Below, one piece after another: positions 1 to 12,699 of a DNA stretch of 64,000 nt (its first letter is position 1; every line of letters begins with the position of its first letter). The stretch lies in NCBI RefSeq assembly GCF_037042905.1, contig NC_087251.1:310001-374000 (forward strand), given 5' to 3'. A model generated the notes under the pieces. It worked only from the letters and a program-made list of their open reading frames with translations. It was not told the origin of the DNA and searched no databases. This DNA is from Lytechinus pictus. Lineage: Eukaryota. Position numbers and translations under genes: made by a program.

Positions 1-200
1 TCATGAAATTTTGCTTTGATATTCATAAAACTCTTCAGAAAAGGCATTATTGAAATCTGTGTCAGCAATGTTCTAACTTTGAAGAAGAGACACAAACAAG
101 AAAAACATGTCTTTATGACTGTAATGTATGTCTATCTTCGCCTGTTTTTTTGGGGGGGAGGGTATTTTCATTATATCTTTCGAACTGAACAGATCAAATA

Positions 201-829
201 AACAAGAGTGTCACGTGGGTGAGCACATAATACAACCGCCTGTATAATGCGGAAAATTGAGTTATTGGTCAAGCAAGAAAAGTGGAAGGTGGCAACTTGA
301 ACTTTGACCTTTTGATCTCAAAATCAATAGAATTCCTGGAGTCCATGCTAGTATCGTACTACACTAAATTATATGAGCCTAGGTTAAGTTAAACTGAAGT
401 TATCGCGTTTACACGGACTTCAGAAGGGTAAGATGAAAACATGTCACTGTGACCTTTAATAACCTTTGACTTTTTTACCTCAAAATCAAAACACTTTCTC
501 GGATCTGTGCTAGTATCATACACACCAAATTATATGAGCCTAGGTTATCGTGCTTACAAGGACTTCAAAGGGTAAGATGAAAGCATGTCACTGTGACCTT
601 GACCTTTGAACTTTTAACCTAAAAATCAATAGGTCTCCTGGAATTCATGCTACTATCATACACACCAAATTATATGAGCCTAGGCTAAGGTAAACTAAAG
701 TTATCACATTTGCAAAGAAAAGTTAATGGATGGACAGACAGACGGATGGATGGATGGACGGACAGACAGACGGACGAACACTGAGCGTGATACCATAATA
801 CATTCCGTAGGATGGGCATATAAAAAAAT
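201..829 (+). mobile_element. HINE/pearl(Tsp)-type non-autonomous element
   Basis: Starts AACAAGAG; about 3 internal tandem core repeats (GACCTTTGA...CACACCAAATTATATGAGCCTAGG); (GGAC/GGAT)n microsatellite at 727-776; 3' stem (CCATAATACATTCCGTAGGATGGGCATA) then an A-run. Confidence 0.7.
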
Positions 830-879
830 AGATATTTTTCTTTTCTTTCATATACATCAAATATCTGGCATCTTTCACT

Positions 880-2003
880 GTAACACGCTGAATAATTTCA
901 GAGGCTGTATATAAATGACCTGAAAATAGTGTTGTTAAGGGAATATGATTTGATTTAATATGCTCATGATGGTTGATATAGGAGAATAATCATGTTAAAA
1001 AAGTGACAATGACCTTGACCTTTTAGAGAAAAGTGATGTGCCATTACATATGGGACACAAAATAAAAAACAAAATATTTAGACATTTTTTCAAGTTGAAA
1101 TTATCTGAAAGTATAATCATTGACAACTTGTAATGCAGTGCACATGGTAAAAATCAGAACACTCCAGTATATCAAAGGCAAAATAAAGGCAAAAACCTCT
1201 CATTACAGACTCTAATTAAACAAACTGACATGTTACGTATGGGACATTTCGTCCCCATCGAGAACGTACACAATTTTCCCCACAATTAAAAAAAAAAAAA
1301 TTCGAATATAGAAATAACAAGAATTTTTTTGTTCTTTTAAAATATTCTATTGAGACACATTTGATATGACTGAAAAGGAAATTAGCCATTTCAACAGTTT
1401 TCTCATTTGTAATGATTTTATGTATCATATTTTCCATTTTTACTATTTTTTGCTTCAATTATTTTCAATATCTATAACAAAGCAATATTTAGAAATTCAA
1501 GAAAAGGTGAATAAATCACTTTTTTGGAGCACTCCCAATTGACATTGTGTACAAATGTCCCATACATAACATGTCCCATATGTAACTTTAAAAAAAATAA
1601 ACCTTCTAATAAAAGGTAAGATATATTTTTGAAACTTTTGTGGTACTATGTAACATTTTCATACTAACTTCCTAGAGATGCTACAATGCAAGTATTGTAT
1701 TCTGAGAAATAACTAAATCCTTTGACAAGACCTAAACCACTTTTTTATCAAAAGAAAAGTAATAAGATGTGGGGGTCCATGTCCCACCTTGATTAAATCT
1801 CACATGTGGTATGAGTTTTTTTAATTGCCCCATATGTAACACCCATTTTGCCAATTACGCAGACCTTAGGTGCTCCAAATTAACATGATTTTGCATAATG
1901 AAGTTTTGAAATTTGGGCTTTCTTGTGCCAACAAATATATTTTATTAAAATATACCGGTAGATGAAATTTTGTCTTTTAGGATGACATTTTTTTAACTTG
2001 CCT
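880..2003 (-). mobile_element. Degenerate copy of the non-autonomous Sola2-like element at 25224-27631 (opposite orientation)
   Basis: Reverse-complement matches, e.g. 895-931 vs ~27560-27593 and 1760-1805 vs ~25453-25500; repeated ACATATGGGACA motifs. Confidence 0.7.
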
Positions 2004-2029
2004 GTAAACATGTTGTAGTCATTGCTTAC

Positions 2030-2078
2030 CAATCATGTGAATTATTACCAATAAACCATTCGTGAACTATATGGACTG
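2030..2078 (-). CDS. Candidate small exon of an unknown host gene
   Basis: Minus strand CTCTCATAG|...|GTAAGC in non-repetitive DNA; one frame reads VHIVHEWFIGNNSHD. Weak polypyrimidine tract. Confidence 0.15.
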
Positions 2079-2334
2079 CTATGAGAGGCACGATTGTTTC
2101 TACTTTCTAGAGGCTCAAGGGGACTGCAATGCTACATGTACTATGCATGGTCTGGCCAGTGCGGTATTTTAGAGCCCAAAGAAACAACCATACAGTATCT
2201 CAAATATCAGAGCAAAGCAAATCTTTTATGAACCAAATTAATAATACATGTACTGTAAGTCTCAAAAATAGTCTACATAAGATGTACTCGTAAGATCAAA
2301 CAGAACAGCTAACGTTAGACCGAGGACTGTTATA

Positions 2335-4546
2335 CCCCCAGAGGGGGGCAAAAATTATATTTTGATGGGGGTGTGCCTCCCGAATCCCTGAAATGGGGGT
2401 CAAAGGAACAGATCACATGGGTAAAATACAGGGTCTTGGGAACTTAGTATATACTGGGTGGTGTGAAAAACTGGGTCAACAGAACGGGATCGCAGTATAT
2501 GTACAGTATACGGTCATACCTGCCAACCTTTAATAAAAAATCAGTATCAATACTACGAGGGCACCGAGTGGGTGTCCGGCCCGTTTTAACGGTAGGCCTA
2601 GGGGCTCTTTGCATTTTCAGCATGTAAGAGTAGCGCATTTCCCTACACTTTTTAAAGCAAATATACCCTCATAATCTACCTTTATGTAATTTAATATCAT
2701 TTGTCAATTAAAAGAAGGTCTTTAAATATCACTTTTGTGACAAAAAACACCCAGTTTCATGCAGGTGTGATTTGTTTTCATTTAAATCTATGAATTTTTC
2801 TTGTTCACCAGAGCTCTCAAGAACTTTAATTTTGAATATATTTTTGAGAGCCCTCTATTGGTGGAAAGTGAGATTGATGCAGATCTTCATCTCCACAGAT
2901 TCTCTTTTTAATTAGAAAAAATTAATTTCACTAATTCAATTGAGTTATGGGCCAAGGCATAGGCCTATTTTTATGATGAATTTAGATCCAAGTTGGGCCT
3001 AACTTACTGTATGAAAAACTGACGTGCCAAAAAATCAAACATTTATCCAGCCTATATCAAGAGAAAATAAGCCAAACATTGACAATCATATTCATGTTAT
3101 TTCACCGCACAGGGGTTACTGACTGAGGACAAAACCTAAATTGGATAAGTGCTTGTTGGTATGAGAGAGCAGATTTTCAGCCATGACGAAAACAAAGCCG
3201 AAACTAAACGGCTGCATGCGCCCGACCCGCACTGCGCACTTGCGGTGCGCCGGTGAGCTAAGACGGAGAGGCTGAGGCGCAGCAACTCGGCGGGCGCCGG
3301 GAGCTTAGGCAAGCGAAGCAAGTAGATTTGGCGTTCGGCTCCGAAGGCTCAACTTGAGATCGAAATTTGATAATCTCCTTTCCTCCTCAAAAATTTGACA
3401 ACTATTCAAAAAATAAAGTATAGATCAATGTTAAAATTGCGTTGGGATAGATCTAACTTAGAGTAGCGTCGGTGCGCGGCTGGCCGGGCGGCGCGGGGGT
3501 ATGGTGTGCAGCCATTCGGCAGCTGCAGCATGCAGCGCTAGGCAGCGCAGAAGCTCAGCAATATACCACTGAAATCACCAAACACACTAGACATACACTG
3601 CACATTCACTAACTCACTCCCACACTACAAAATCTTCCGGCGACATGGGCAAAACCTCAAATAAAAGGTGAAATTTTCTTACCTAAATAACCATATTTCG
3701 CGTCAAAAATATCACCACCGGTAATTTTTAACATCGTAGTTAGGAAACAAGGGGTCTAAAAAAGTGTATTTTTCACGGTTTTTCCGATGTTCGTGGATTA
3801 TGAAAACATGTCCTCACTAAAAACTGGCACTTTCGCGAGCCGATGTCAGCCGCCATTTTTTTCCAGAAGTCAACGCTAAGTGCGGCCGTAGCGTGTACGC
3901 TCGTTATTTTCACATGCATTTGCAATGGAACTGCGCACTTAGCAGTGTTTGCGCGCCGTTTAACGTCGCTCTCTGTGCAAAACTAGCGCATTTGCGTAGC
4001 TGTGCGCTCCAGTCGTTTATGCGTTAGTCGCATCTTGATATGAGCCGTGCATGCGTTAGTCGCATCTTGATATGAGCCGTGCATGAATTAGTCGCATCAT
4101 ACAGCCGTTTCAATAATTTCAACACTATATTGATTAACCCAAAAATCAGAATTTTGGTTTTAAAATTCGGAATTCAGAATGGAGGTATAAAAATCGGTAT
4201 AATTCCGCCAAAATCGGAATGGTTGGCAGGTATGTACGGTGCACGCTAGCGCTGTGCATGTACAATGTTTGTGGGCACTAGCAGTGTATGGAGCTGCTAG
4301 CTGAGGGAGTTTTGAAGCCATACGTGCAGCTCTCGCATGCGGTGCTCACGCTGGACAATTTTGGCAGGGCTGTGGAACTGAGATGTTTCGTAAAGGGGGT
4401 CTTGCGAGCAGGGCGGGGCGGCTTCTGAATAAAACTTCTGTCATTCGGAGTATCTAGAGAACTGAAAATCGGGTCTGAAAAAGGGGGTCATCAAAGTGGC
4501 AGGTCCCCAAATCACCAATACATGTGAGTGCCCCCCCCCCCCTGGG
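2335..4546. mobile_element. Non-autonomous DNA element with G/C-run TIRs, interrupted by 2515-4234
   Basis: CCCAGAGGGGGGCA ... TGCCCCCCCCCCCCTGGG termini. Confidence 0.5.
2515..4234. mobile_element. Non-autonomous hAT-like element with 6-bp TSD
   Basis: TIR CATACCTGCCAACC / GGTTGGCAGGTATG; TACGGT duplicated at 2509-2514 and 4235-4240; CpG-rich interior; 32-bp tandem repeat at ~4020-4105. Confidence 0.8.
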
Positions 4547-4694
4547 TAAGACCCTTGTCCTAACATTCTGTTAGTAATGTTAGATGTAGTAGATCTAGCT
4601 AAACTTATACTTGGGTAGACCTTACCATTTATTTTGCGAGCATTAAGGCTTGAACAAGGCTTGATGATTGATACATCCGTAATAAGTTCCTTAA

Positions 4695-5476
4695 AGGAGA
4701 ATGAAACCCTTGAAACCATCTGAATCCATATAAAAGAGAAAAATCAAAGAAACATATTGTTGAAAGTTTGAGGAAGATTGAATGAATAATAAGAAAGTTA
4801 TGAGCATTTGAATATTGAGATCACTAATGCCATGTAGATCCTCCCATTGGCAATGCAACCAAGATCTGTGATGTCACACACGTACAACTCCCTCATTACT
4901 TTAGTACTTATTTCACTTATATTCTCACTTTTATAGAGTCTATCACAAGGTGAGGTGTACTCTTTATGAGAGGACAAGTACAGAGGTTTCACAACATTAT
5001 ATCATTGATGAATCGTTTGTCATATGATTAGAATGAGCAAAAAGAGATGTTTTGGGGTATATTTTCAGTGTCCAAAACTGGACAACTCTCCCCTTTTGGA
5101 CACTGAAAATGTACCCCAAAACATCTCTTTTTGCTCATTCTAATCATATGACAAACGATTCATCATTGATATAATGTTGTGAAGCCTCTGTACTTGTCCT
5201 CTCATAAAGAGAACACCTCACCTTGTGATAGACTCTATAAAAGTGAGAATATAAGTGAAATAAGTACTAAAGTAATGAGGGAGTTGTACGTGTGTGACAT
5301 CACAGATCTTGGTTGCATTGCCAATGGGAGGATCTACATGGCATTAGTGATCTCAATTTTCAAATGCTCATAACTTTCTTATTATTCATTCAATCTTCCT
5401 CAAACTTTCAACAATATGTTTCTTTGATTTTTCTCTTTGATATGGATTCAGCTGGTTTCAAGGGTTTCATTCTCCT
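4695..5476. mobile_element. Palindromic Kolobok-like MITE
   Basis: TTAA at both ends, AGG...CCT termini; arms 4695-5077 and 5094-5476 are near-perfect reverse complements. Confidence 0.85.
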
Positions 5477-5740
5477 TTAATACTTTTAGACAATATTCAA
5501 TAAAATATTGGGGATAGAACAAGCAAAAGTCAAGAATCTATCATTCCATCGATAGGTCCGTTACACACACACACACAATAAGAGCGTAAATGCACGAGTT
5601 GTCAAAAGTTTTCGATTACATTGCGCTGATATTATGGTATCTGCAATCACTCCTGAAAGCAACCTTTTGCACGCAATCAAATGAGGATCTCAGATGTCAT
5701 CAAGCACAGGTGCAGATTTTGCAAAACTGATGCATGAATT

Positions 5741-7590
5741 AAAAAAGGATCAAAGGAGATTCCAGGAAATTATAGACCTATTTCTGTATTACCTATATTG
5801 GCAAAAATATTTGAGAAAATCGTTAATGATAGGTTGATGAGATTTCTAGAAGGTAACAATGTATTGCAAAAACATCAATATGGCTTCAGGAAGAAATATA
5901 ATACAAAATTATCAGTTGTCAATTTATGTAATGCCCTCCTGAAATCATTAGATGGAGGGAAAATAACGTAAGGAGTTTTTATTGATTTTCAAAAGGCATT
6001 TGACACCATCAACCATGATATTCTAATTAAAAAATTGTCTCATTATGGAATACGCGGATTTGCCCTCCAATGGTTTGTGGATTATTTGAGCAACAGATCT
6101 CAGTTTGTTAAATACAAAGACGTCATGTCTCTGCACATGAAAATTTCTTGTGGTGTTCCACAGGGATCAGTTCTTGGTCCAACTCTCTTTCTTATATATA
6201 TATATATAAATGATTTGCCAAACTCGACATCCTTCTTTAACTTCAGGTTATTCGCAGATGACTCAAATTTGTTCCACACCTTTGGGGCTGGAGAGACTGA
6301 TATCGATATGAACGAAGTAAATGTGGAGTTGAATAAGGTGCAACAATGGTGTTATTCCAACAAATTTACAATCAATCTTAGTAAATCTGATTATATGATA
6401 ATTAAGAGCAAAAGGAGATTAGTAAATGTAACAGGTTCCCTTGATATAGCAGGGACCACACTGTTTGAGGTGAATGATGTATCTTTTGTTGGACTGCAAA
6501 TTAATAAGCACCTCACGTGGGATGCGCATATAAAAATTGTAAACAGAATAATCCGCTCAAAAGTAGGTATCTTGTTCAGACTCAGGCACTTTGTTCCAAG
6601 AAGCATTTTGATATTGAACATTATATAAGGCACTTATACAACCACACCTGTCGTATGGCATCGAGGTGTGGGGGAGCACCTACAAGACCAATTTAAATTG
6701 TATTTTCTTGGCCCAAAAAATGGCAATGAGAGCTTTAACCTTTAACCCGAGAGGTGCCCACTCTGATCCCCTGTTCAAAGCATTGAATATTTTGAATGTA
6801 CATAAAATTCACTTCCTCTCCATTTCAACATTCGTCTATGATTTATTGCATGGTAGGTTACCACACTCTCAAATTGGGTACTGTCAGATAATAGACCATA
6901 AATATGCTACAAGGAGTAAAGATGCTGATCAATTATATCTCCCAATATGCAGAACCACACAGGGCCAGTTTTCAATTTCTTTCATGGGATCAAAACTTTG
7001 GAATTGTATACCAAATTATATAAAGGAAAGGAAATCAAGGAACACTTTCAGAAAGGCATTATTTGCTTACCTAAATACAAGTACAACCAACCCTCTAATT
7101 TAATTCTGACAAGAGAATAAAAAATATTTCAATAGAATATAAGAGTATTCTAGATAAAGCTCTCATTCTAATTGTATGTTTCATATAACGTGGTGATTTC
7201 TCAAACAACATTTATAGCATTATTCACTGTTCACACATATTTCTTTTATGTAAAAATACCAAAGATTTGAAGGAATCAGTCTCGACTAGCACTTGTGCTA
7301 CCTTCTGGTTCCTTCTTATTACAACAACATTCAACCATCTTTTTGTTAGATTATCAATATTGGAAACTGTGACTGGGATCTTAAAAAACGTTAAAACATT
7401 TGTTTCAGGTTTATACACCCACGTCACATTTTTTATATTCAGATTTATCGTTTGTATTCTCATTTTATCCTTTATAATGTTAGCAATTACATCTGTATAC
7501 TAGAATAGTTACGTTTGTGCTGTGATGTTAACACATTGTTATCGTTATTGTTATTGTTGTTAAGTAAACAAATAAACTCAAACAAAAAAA
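5741..7590 (+). mobile_element. 5'-truncated CR1/L2-group LINE; RT pseudogene plus 3' UTR
   Basis: NYRPISVLP, DFQKAFD, GVPQGSVLGP and FADD motifs; in-frame stop near 5969 and frameshift near 6628; AATAAA and A-rich tail at ~7570-7590. Confidence 0.92.
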
Positions 7591-7786
7591 ATAATAATAC
7601 TGGCAGTATGAAGGAAAGAAATACCTTTTTTTGTACACACAAATGTCTGAATTAACTACTACTTACTTTAATTATGTTCCCCCCGAAATGAAACCTACCA
7701 TGTAATTATGATGCCTATATTTGAAGCTTATTAGGATCCCAGTTTGAATCTTACTCGTCTGCTCATGCTGATATAATTTATGCACA

Positions 7787-8149
7787 ATGAATTCATCCCA
7801 TGATGTACCCGACTTTATTAACTTTACTCTTCTTTCAGAACATGATGTTAAAAAACTTATAACCAAGTTCAGCAAAAAGTCGTGTGCATCGGACCCAATG
7901 CCCACAAAGATTCTTTTACAGTGTACGGACACACTGATTCCCACCATCACATCTCTAATTAATCTCTCATTGTCATCTGATAATTTTCCTTCGCTATGGA
8001 AAACCGCTATAGTTAAACAAGTACTGAAAAAATCTGGTTTGGAAACAAAATTCTGTAATCTTCGGCCTGTAAGTAATCTGAAGTATGTATCAAAGCTTGT
8101 GGAAGGTGCTGCATACACGCTAATAATGAATCACCTTGACCGCAACTAA
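7787..8149 (+). pseudogene. L2-clade LINE ORF2 fragment (region N-terminal to RT core)
   Basis: KSCASDPMPT...INLSLS..FP..WKTA.VK..LKK...NLRPVSNL...SKLVE. Confidence 0.85.
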
Positions 8150-8159
8150 TGTTGTAAGT

Positions 8160-8430
8160 TAGAGCAATAACGGGATCGGAGTTCGGTTCGGATGTTTTGC
8201 TCCTAAAATCGGAATCGGTTCGGATATCGGATCGGAAGATATTCAAAAACAAAAAAATACATTAAAATTTGTATGTGGCCGGCACGTGGACAAATGCTGC
8301 AAGCTACACTGATGACAGAATTTGTTTTGATCTCCGATAAAAGCAGAGGAAGAAGATGATGATTTGTTTTGATCTCCGACATAATCGGAGGAAGGAAAAG
8401 AAGATAATGACGTTGCAGCGCGCGACACTA
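8160..8430 (+). mobile_element. Left terminus of a hAT-like element leading into the satellite
   Basis: TAGAG start followed by dense TCGGA/TCGGT subterminal motifs (8170-8240); partner end not found. Confidence 0.45.
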
Positions 8431-8439
8431 CCGCGATCA

Positions 8440-11400
8440 ACGATAGACCTTTCTCTACAACATCGTGGTGATGGCGGAGTCCGTCGTGAACTTTTAGAGG
8501 TCGCATTTCTTACCGATAAGGACGCACTATTATCTAAAGTTGTTTACGATGATATCCACCTTCTCTACCACATCGTAGTGATGGCGGAGGTAATCGTAAA
8601 CTCTTAGAGGACGCATGACCTCCCCAAAAAAGACGCACTATTATCTAAAGTTGTTTACGATGATATCCACCTTCTCTACCACATCGTAGTGATGGCGGAG
8701 GTAATCGTAAACTCTTAGAGGTCGCATGACCTCCCGAAAAAGACGCACTTTTCAAAGTTGTTTACGATGATATTCACCTTCTCTACAACATCGTAGTGAT
8801 GGCGGAGGTAATCGTAAACTCTTAAAGGACGCATGACCTCCCGAAAAAGACGCACTATTATCTAAAGTTGTTTACGATGATATCCACCTTCTCTACCACA
8901 TCGTAGTGATGGCGGAGGTAATCGTAAACTCTTAGAGGTCGCATGACCTCCCGAAAAAGACGCACTATTCAAAGTTGTTTACGATGATATTCACCTTCTC
9001 TACAACATCGTAGTGATGGCGGAGGTAATCGTAAACTCTTAAAGGTCGCATGACCTCCCGAAAAAGACGCACTATTATCAAAAGTTGTTTACGATGATAT
9101 TCACCTTTTCTACAACATCGTAGTGATGGCGGAGGTAATCGTAAACTCTAAAAGGTCGCATGACCTCTAGAAAAAGACGCACTATTATCCAAAGTTGTTT
9201 ACGATGATATTCACCTTCTCTACAACATCGTAGTGATGGCGGAGGTAATCGTAAACTCTTAAAGGTCGCATGACCTCCCGAAAAAGACGCATTATTATCC
9301 AAAGTTGTTTACGATGATATTCACCTTCTCTACAACATCGTAGTGATGGCGGAGGTAATCGTAAACTCTTAGAGGTCGCATGACCTCCCGAAAAAGACGC
9401 ACTATTATCCAAAGTTGTTTACGATGATATTCACCTTCTCTACAACATCGTAGTGATGGCGGAGGTAATCGTAAACTCTAAAAGGTCGCATGACCTCTAG
9501 AAAAAGACGCACTATTATCCAAAGTTGTTTACGATGATATTCACCTTCTCTACAACATCGTAGTGATGGCGGAGGTAATCGTAAACTCTTAGAGGTCGCA
9601 TAACCTCCCGAAAAAGACGCACTATTCAAAGTTGTTTACGATGATATTCACCTTCTCTACAACATCGTAGTGATGGCGGAGGTAATCGTAAACTCTTAGA
9701 GGTCGCATGACCTCCCGAAAAAGACGCACTATTCAAAGTTGTTTACGATGATATTCACCTTCTCTACAACATCGTAGTGATGGCGGAGGTAATCGTAAAC
9801 TCTTAAAGGTCGCATGACCTCTAGAAAAAGACGCACTATTATCAAAAGTTGTTTACGATGATATTCACCTTTTCTACAACATCGTAGTGATGGCGGAGGT
9901 AATCGTAAACTCTAAAAGGTCGCATGACCTCTAGAAAAAGACGCACTATTATCCAAAGTTGTTTACGATGATATTCACCTTCTCTACAACATCGTAGTGA
10001 TGGCGGAGGTAATCGTAAACTCTTAAAGGTCGCATGACCTCCCGAAAAAGACGCATTATTATCCAAAGTTGTTAACGATGATATTCACCTTCTCTACAAC
10101 ATCGTAGTGATGGCGGAGGTAATCGTAAACTCTTAGAGGTCGCATGACCTCCCGAAAAAGACGCACTATTATCCAAAGTTGTTTACGATGATATTCACCT
10201 TCTCTACAACATCGTAGTGATGGCGGAGGTAATCGTAAACTCTTAGAGGTCGCATGACCTCCCGAAAAAGACGCACTATTATCCAAAGTTGTTTACGATG
10301 ATATTCACCTTCTCTACAACATCATAGTGATGGCGGAGGTAATCGTAAACTCTAAAAGGTCGCATGACCTCTAGAAAAAGACGCACTATTATCCAAAGTT
10401 GTTTACGATGATATTCACCTTCTCTACAACATCGTAGTGATGGCGGAGGTAATCGTAAACTCTTAGCGGTCGCATAACCTCCCGAAAAAGACGCACTATT
10501 CAAAGTTGTTTACGATGATATTCACCTTCTCTACAACATCGTAGTGATGGCGGAGGTAATCGTAAACTCTTAAAGGTCGCATGACCTCTAGAAAAAGACG
10601 CACTATTATCCAAAGTTGTTTACGATGATATTCACCTTCTCTACAACATCGTAGTGATGGCGGAGGTAATCGTAAACTCTTAAAGGTCGCATGACCTCTA
10701 GAAAAAGACGCACTATTATCCAAAGTTGTTTACGATGATATCCACCTTTTCTACAACATCGTAGTGATGGCGGAGGTAATCATAAACTCTAAAAGGTCGC
10801 ATGACCTCTAGAAAAAGACGCACTATTATCCAAAGTTGTTTACGATGATATCCACCTTTTCTACAACATCGTAGTGATGGCAGAGGTAATCGTAAACTCT
10901 AAAAGGTCGCATGACCTCTAGAAAAAGACGCACTATTATCCAAAGTTGTTTACGATGATATTCACCTTCTCTACAACATCGTAGTGATGGCGGAGGTAAT
11001 CGTAAACTCTTAAAGGTCGCATGACCTCCCGAAAAAGACGCATTATTATCCAAAGTTGTTTACGATGATATTTACCTTCTCTACAACATCGTAGTGATGG
11101 CGGAGGTAATCGTAAACTCTTAAAGGTCGCATGACCTCCCGAAAAAGACGCGTTATTATCCAAAGTTGTTTACGATGATATTCACCTTCTGTACAACATC
11201 GTAGTGATGGCGGAGGTAATCGTAAACTCTTAAAGGTCGCATGACCTCCCGAAAAAGACGCATTATTATCCAAAGTTGTTTACGATGATATTCACCTTCT
11301 CTACAACATCGTAGTGATGGCGGAGGTAATCGTAAACTCTTAAAGGTCGCATGACCTCTAGAAAAAGACGCACTATTATCCAAAGTTGTTTACGATGATA

Positions 11401-11595
11401 TTCACCTTCTCTACAACATCGTAGTGATGGCGGAGGTAATCGTAAACTCTAAAAGGTCGCATGACCTCTAGAAAAAGACGCACTATTATCCAAAGTTGTT
11501 TACGATGATATTCACCTTCTCTACAACATCGTAGTGATGGCGGAGGTAATCGTAAACTCTTAGAGGTCGCATGACCTCCCGAAAAAGACGCACTA
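8440..11595. repeat. 110-bp tandem satellite, 28 copies plus one degenerate leading copy
   Basis: Unit CAAAGTTGTTTACGATGATATTCACCTTCTCTACAACATCGTAGTGATGGCGGAGGTAATCGTAAACTCTTAAAGGTCGCATGACCTCCCGAAAAAGACGCACTATTATC; five 107-bp variants. Confidence 0.98.
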
Positions 11596-12695
11596 CAGTG
11601 CGTATCAAAAAAAACGGGACAGATTTGAAAAGTCTATAAAATTTTAGTTTCAAATTATTATGTCTATATTTTGGTGTTAATCGGTGCTCTAAGGTCTTGT
11701 CTTTCAAATGCTATTAAAAAAAAATAGTTTTGTTTATGCTTGAGCGAACACGGGACGTTTTTGTTGGGGGTTCAAAAAGAGGCTTGCGCCAGAATTGCAG
11801 AATATGAGTAATATGATGATCGGACTTCTTGCTAATTAGCAGACTTCCTCTTAACCTTTTCATTATCTTTGCCATAATTTTCAAATCATGCGGTCAAAAT
11901 TCATTTTCAGATCTATTTATTTGATTGAATTATTCTGTTATTTCTTTTTAATATGCTCTCTGTTAGCTTTGAATATTCCTTCTTCAAGCTAAAATTATTT
12001 TTTTCAACCGAATTATGGGAGAGCATGGATTTTTTATTCAAATCCTTTCATTATGTGCTACAAAGGTTATGGTGCCTTTTGAACAAAGCCACACAGATGG
12101 GCGGGCGCTCGGGGGTTGCTCCCCCCCCCCCTCAAATAAAAAAAATCATGACCACGAAAAAAAGTGGACAGGAAATAAAAGGAAAGATAGAAAGTAAAAT
12201 ATGATATTATTTGCTGAATATTATGTCAAAATCTATCACAAAATTTGATATTGTAATTAAAAAAAGTGGGAATATTTGCGTGCTCACTTCGCTCGCTCAC
12301 AACTTTTTAATACATTTTACCCGATCCGCCATATCTAGCTCCTTCAAAATTGACTCAATACACTATTGTCATTGAAAGACATGAATCCCTTCCTGTGTTT
12401 CCTGTCAAGCAATTAAACTTGGTCAACGAATTAATGACCCATTGAAAAATAGATTCATGTCTTTTAAAGGTACATAACATAATTTGTTTCACATAATAAA
12501 ACGATTTGAATAATCACAAGTTTTCCCAATTAATAATTCAAATCTTCTTGCTTGGGTTAACAAAAAAAATCTTCTTTTCTCAGTTACTTATGAAGGAAAA
12601 TTAAAAGGTAAGAGAAGTTTAAATGAAAAAACAAAATAATTCAATTAAATAAATAACTTTGTAAATGAAATTTGACAACATAATTCGAAAATTGC
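11596..12695. mobile_element. Tc1/mariner-type non-autonomous element, right end lost
   Basis: TA|CAGTGCGTATCAAAAAAA terminus; 12600-12693 is an inverted match of ~11850-11940. Confidence 0.65.
12090..12368 (-). mobile_element. CAGTGGCGTA-type MITE (family also at 20880-20969 and 21147-21410)
   Basis: Reverse-complement similarity to 21147-21410 (TATGTCAAAATC, CTCGCTCACAA, GCCATATCTAGC). Confidence 0.65.
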
Positions 12696-12699
12696 GTGT

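Noticed and set aside
4798..5373. Pair of near-identical 64-aa ORFs on opposite strands
   Set aside because: A consequence of the palindromic MITE.
8537..8646. Hammerhead or twister ribozyme in the satellite monomer
   Set aside because: TGATGG...GTAAAC and minus-strand TTACCTCCGCC only superficially resemble the cores; the required stems and conserved residues are missing.
8537..11595. CRISPR-like array or repeated 75-aa protein genes
   Set aside because: No unique spacers and no cas genes; the unit length is not a multiple of 3, so the ORFs are frame-cycling artefacts.
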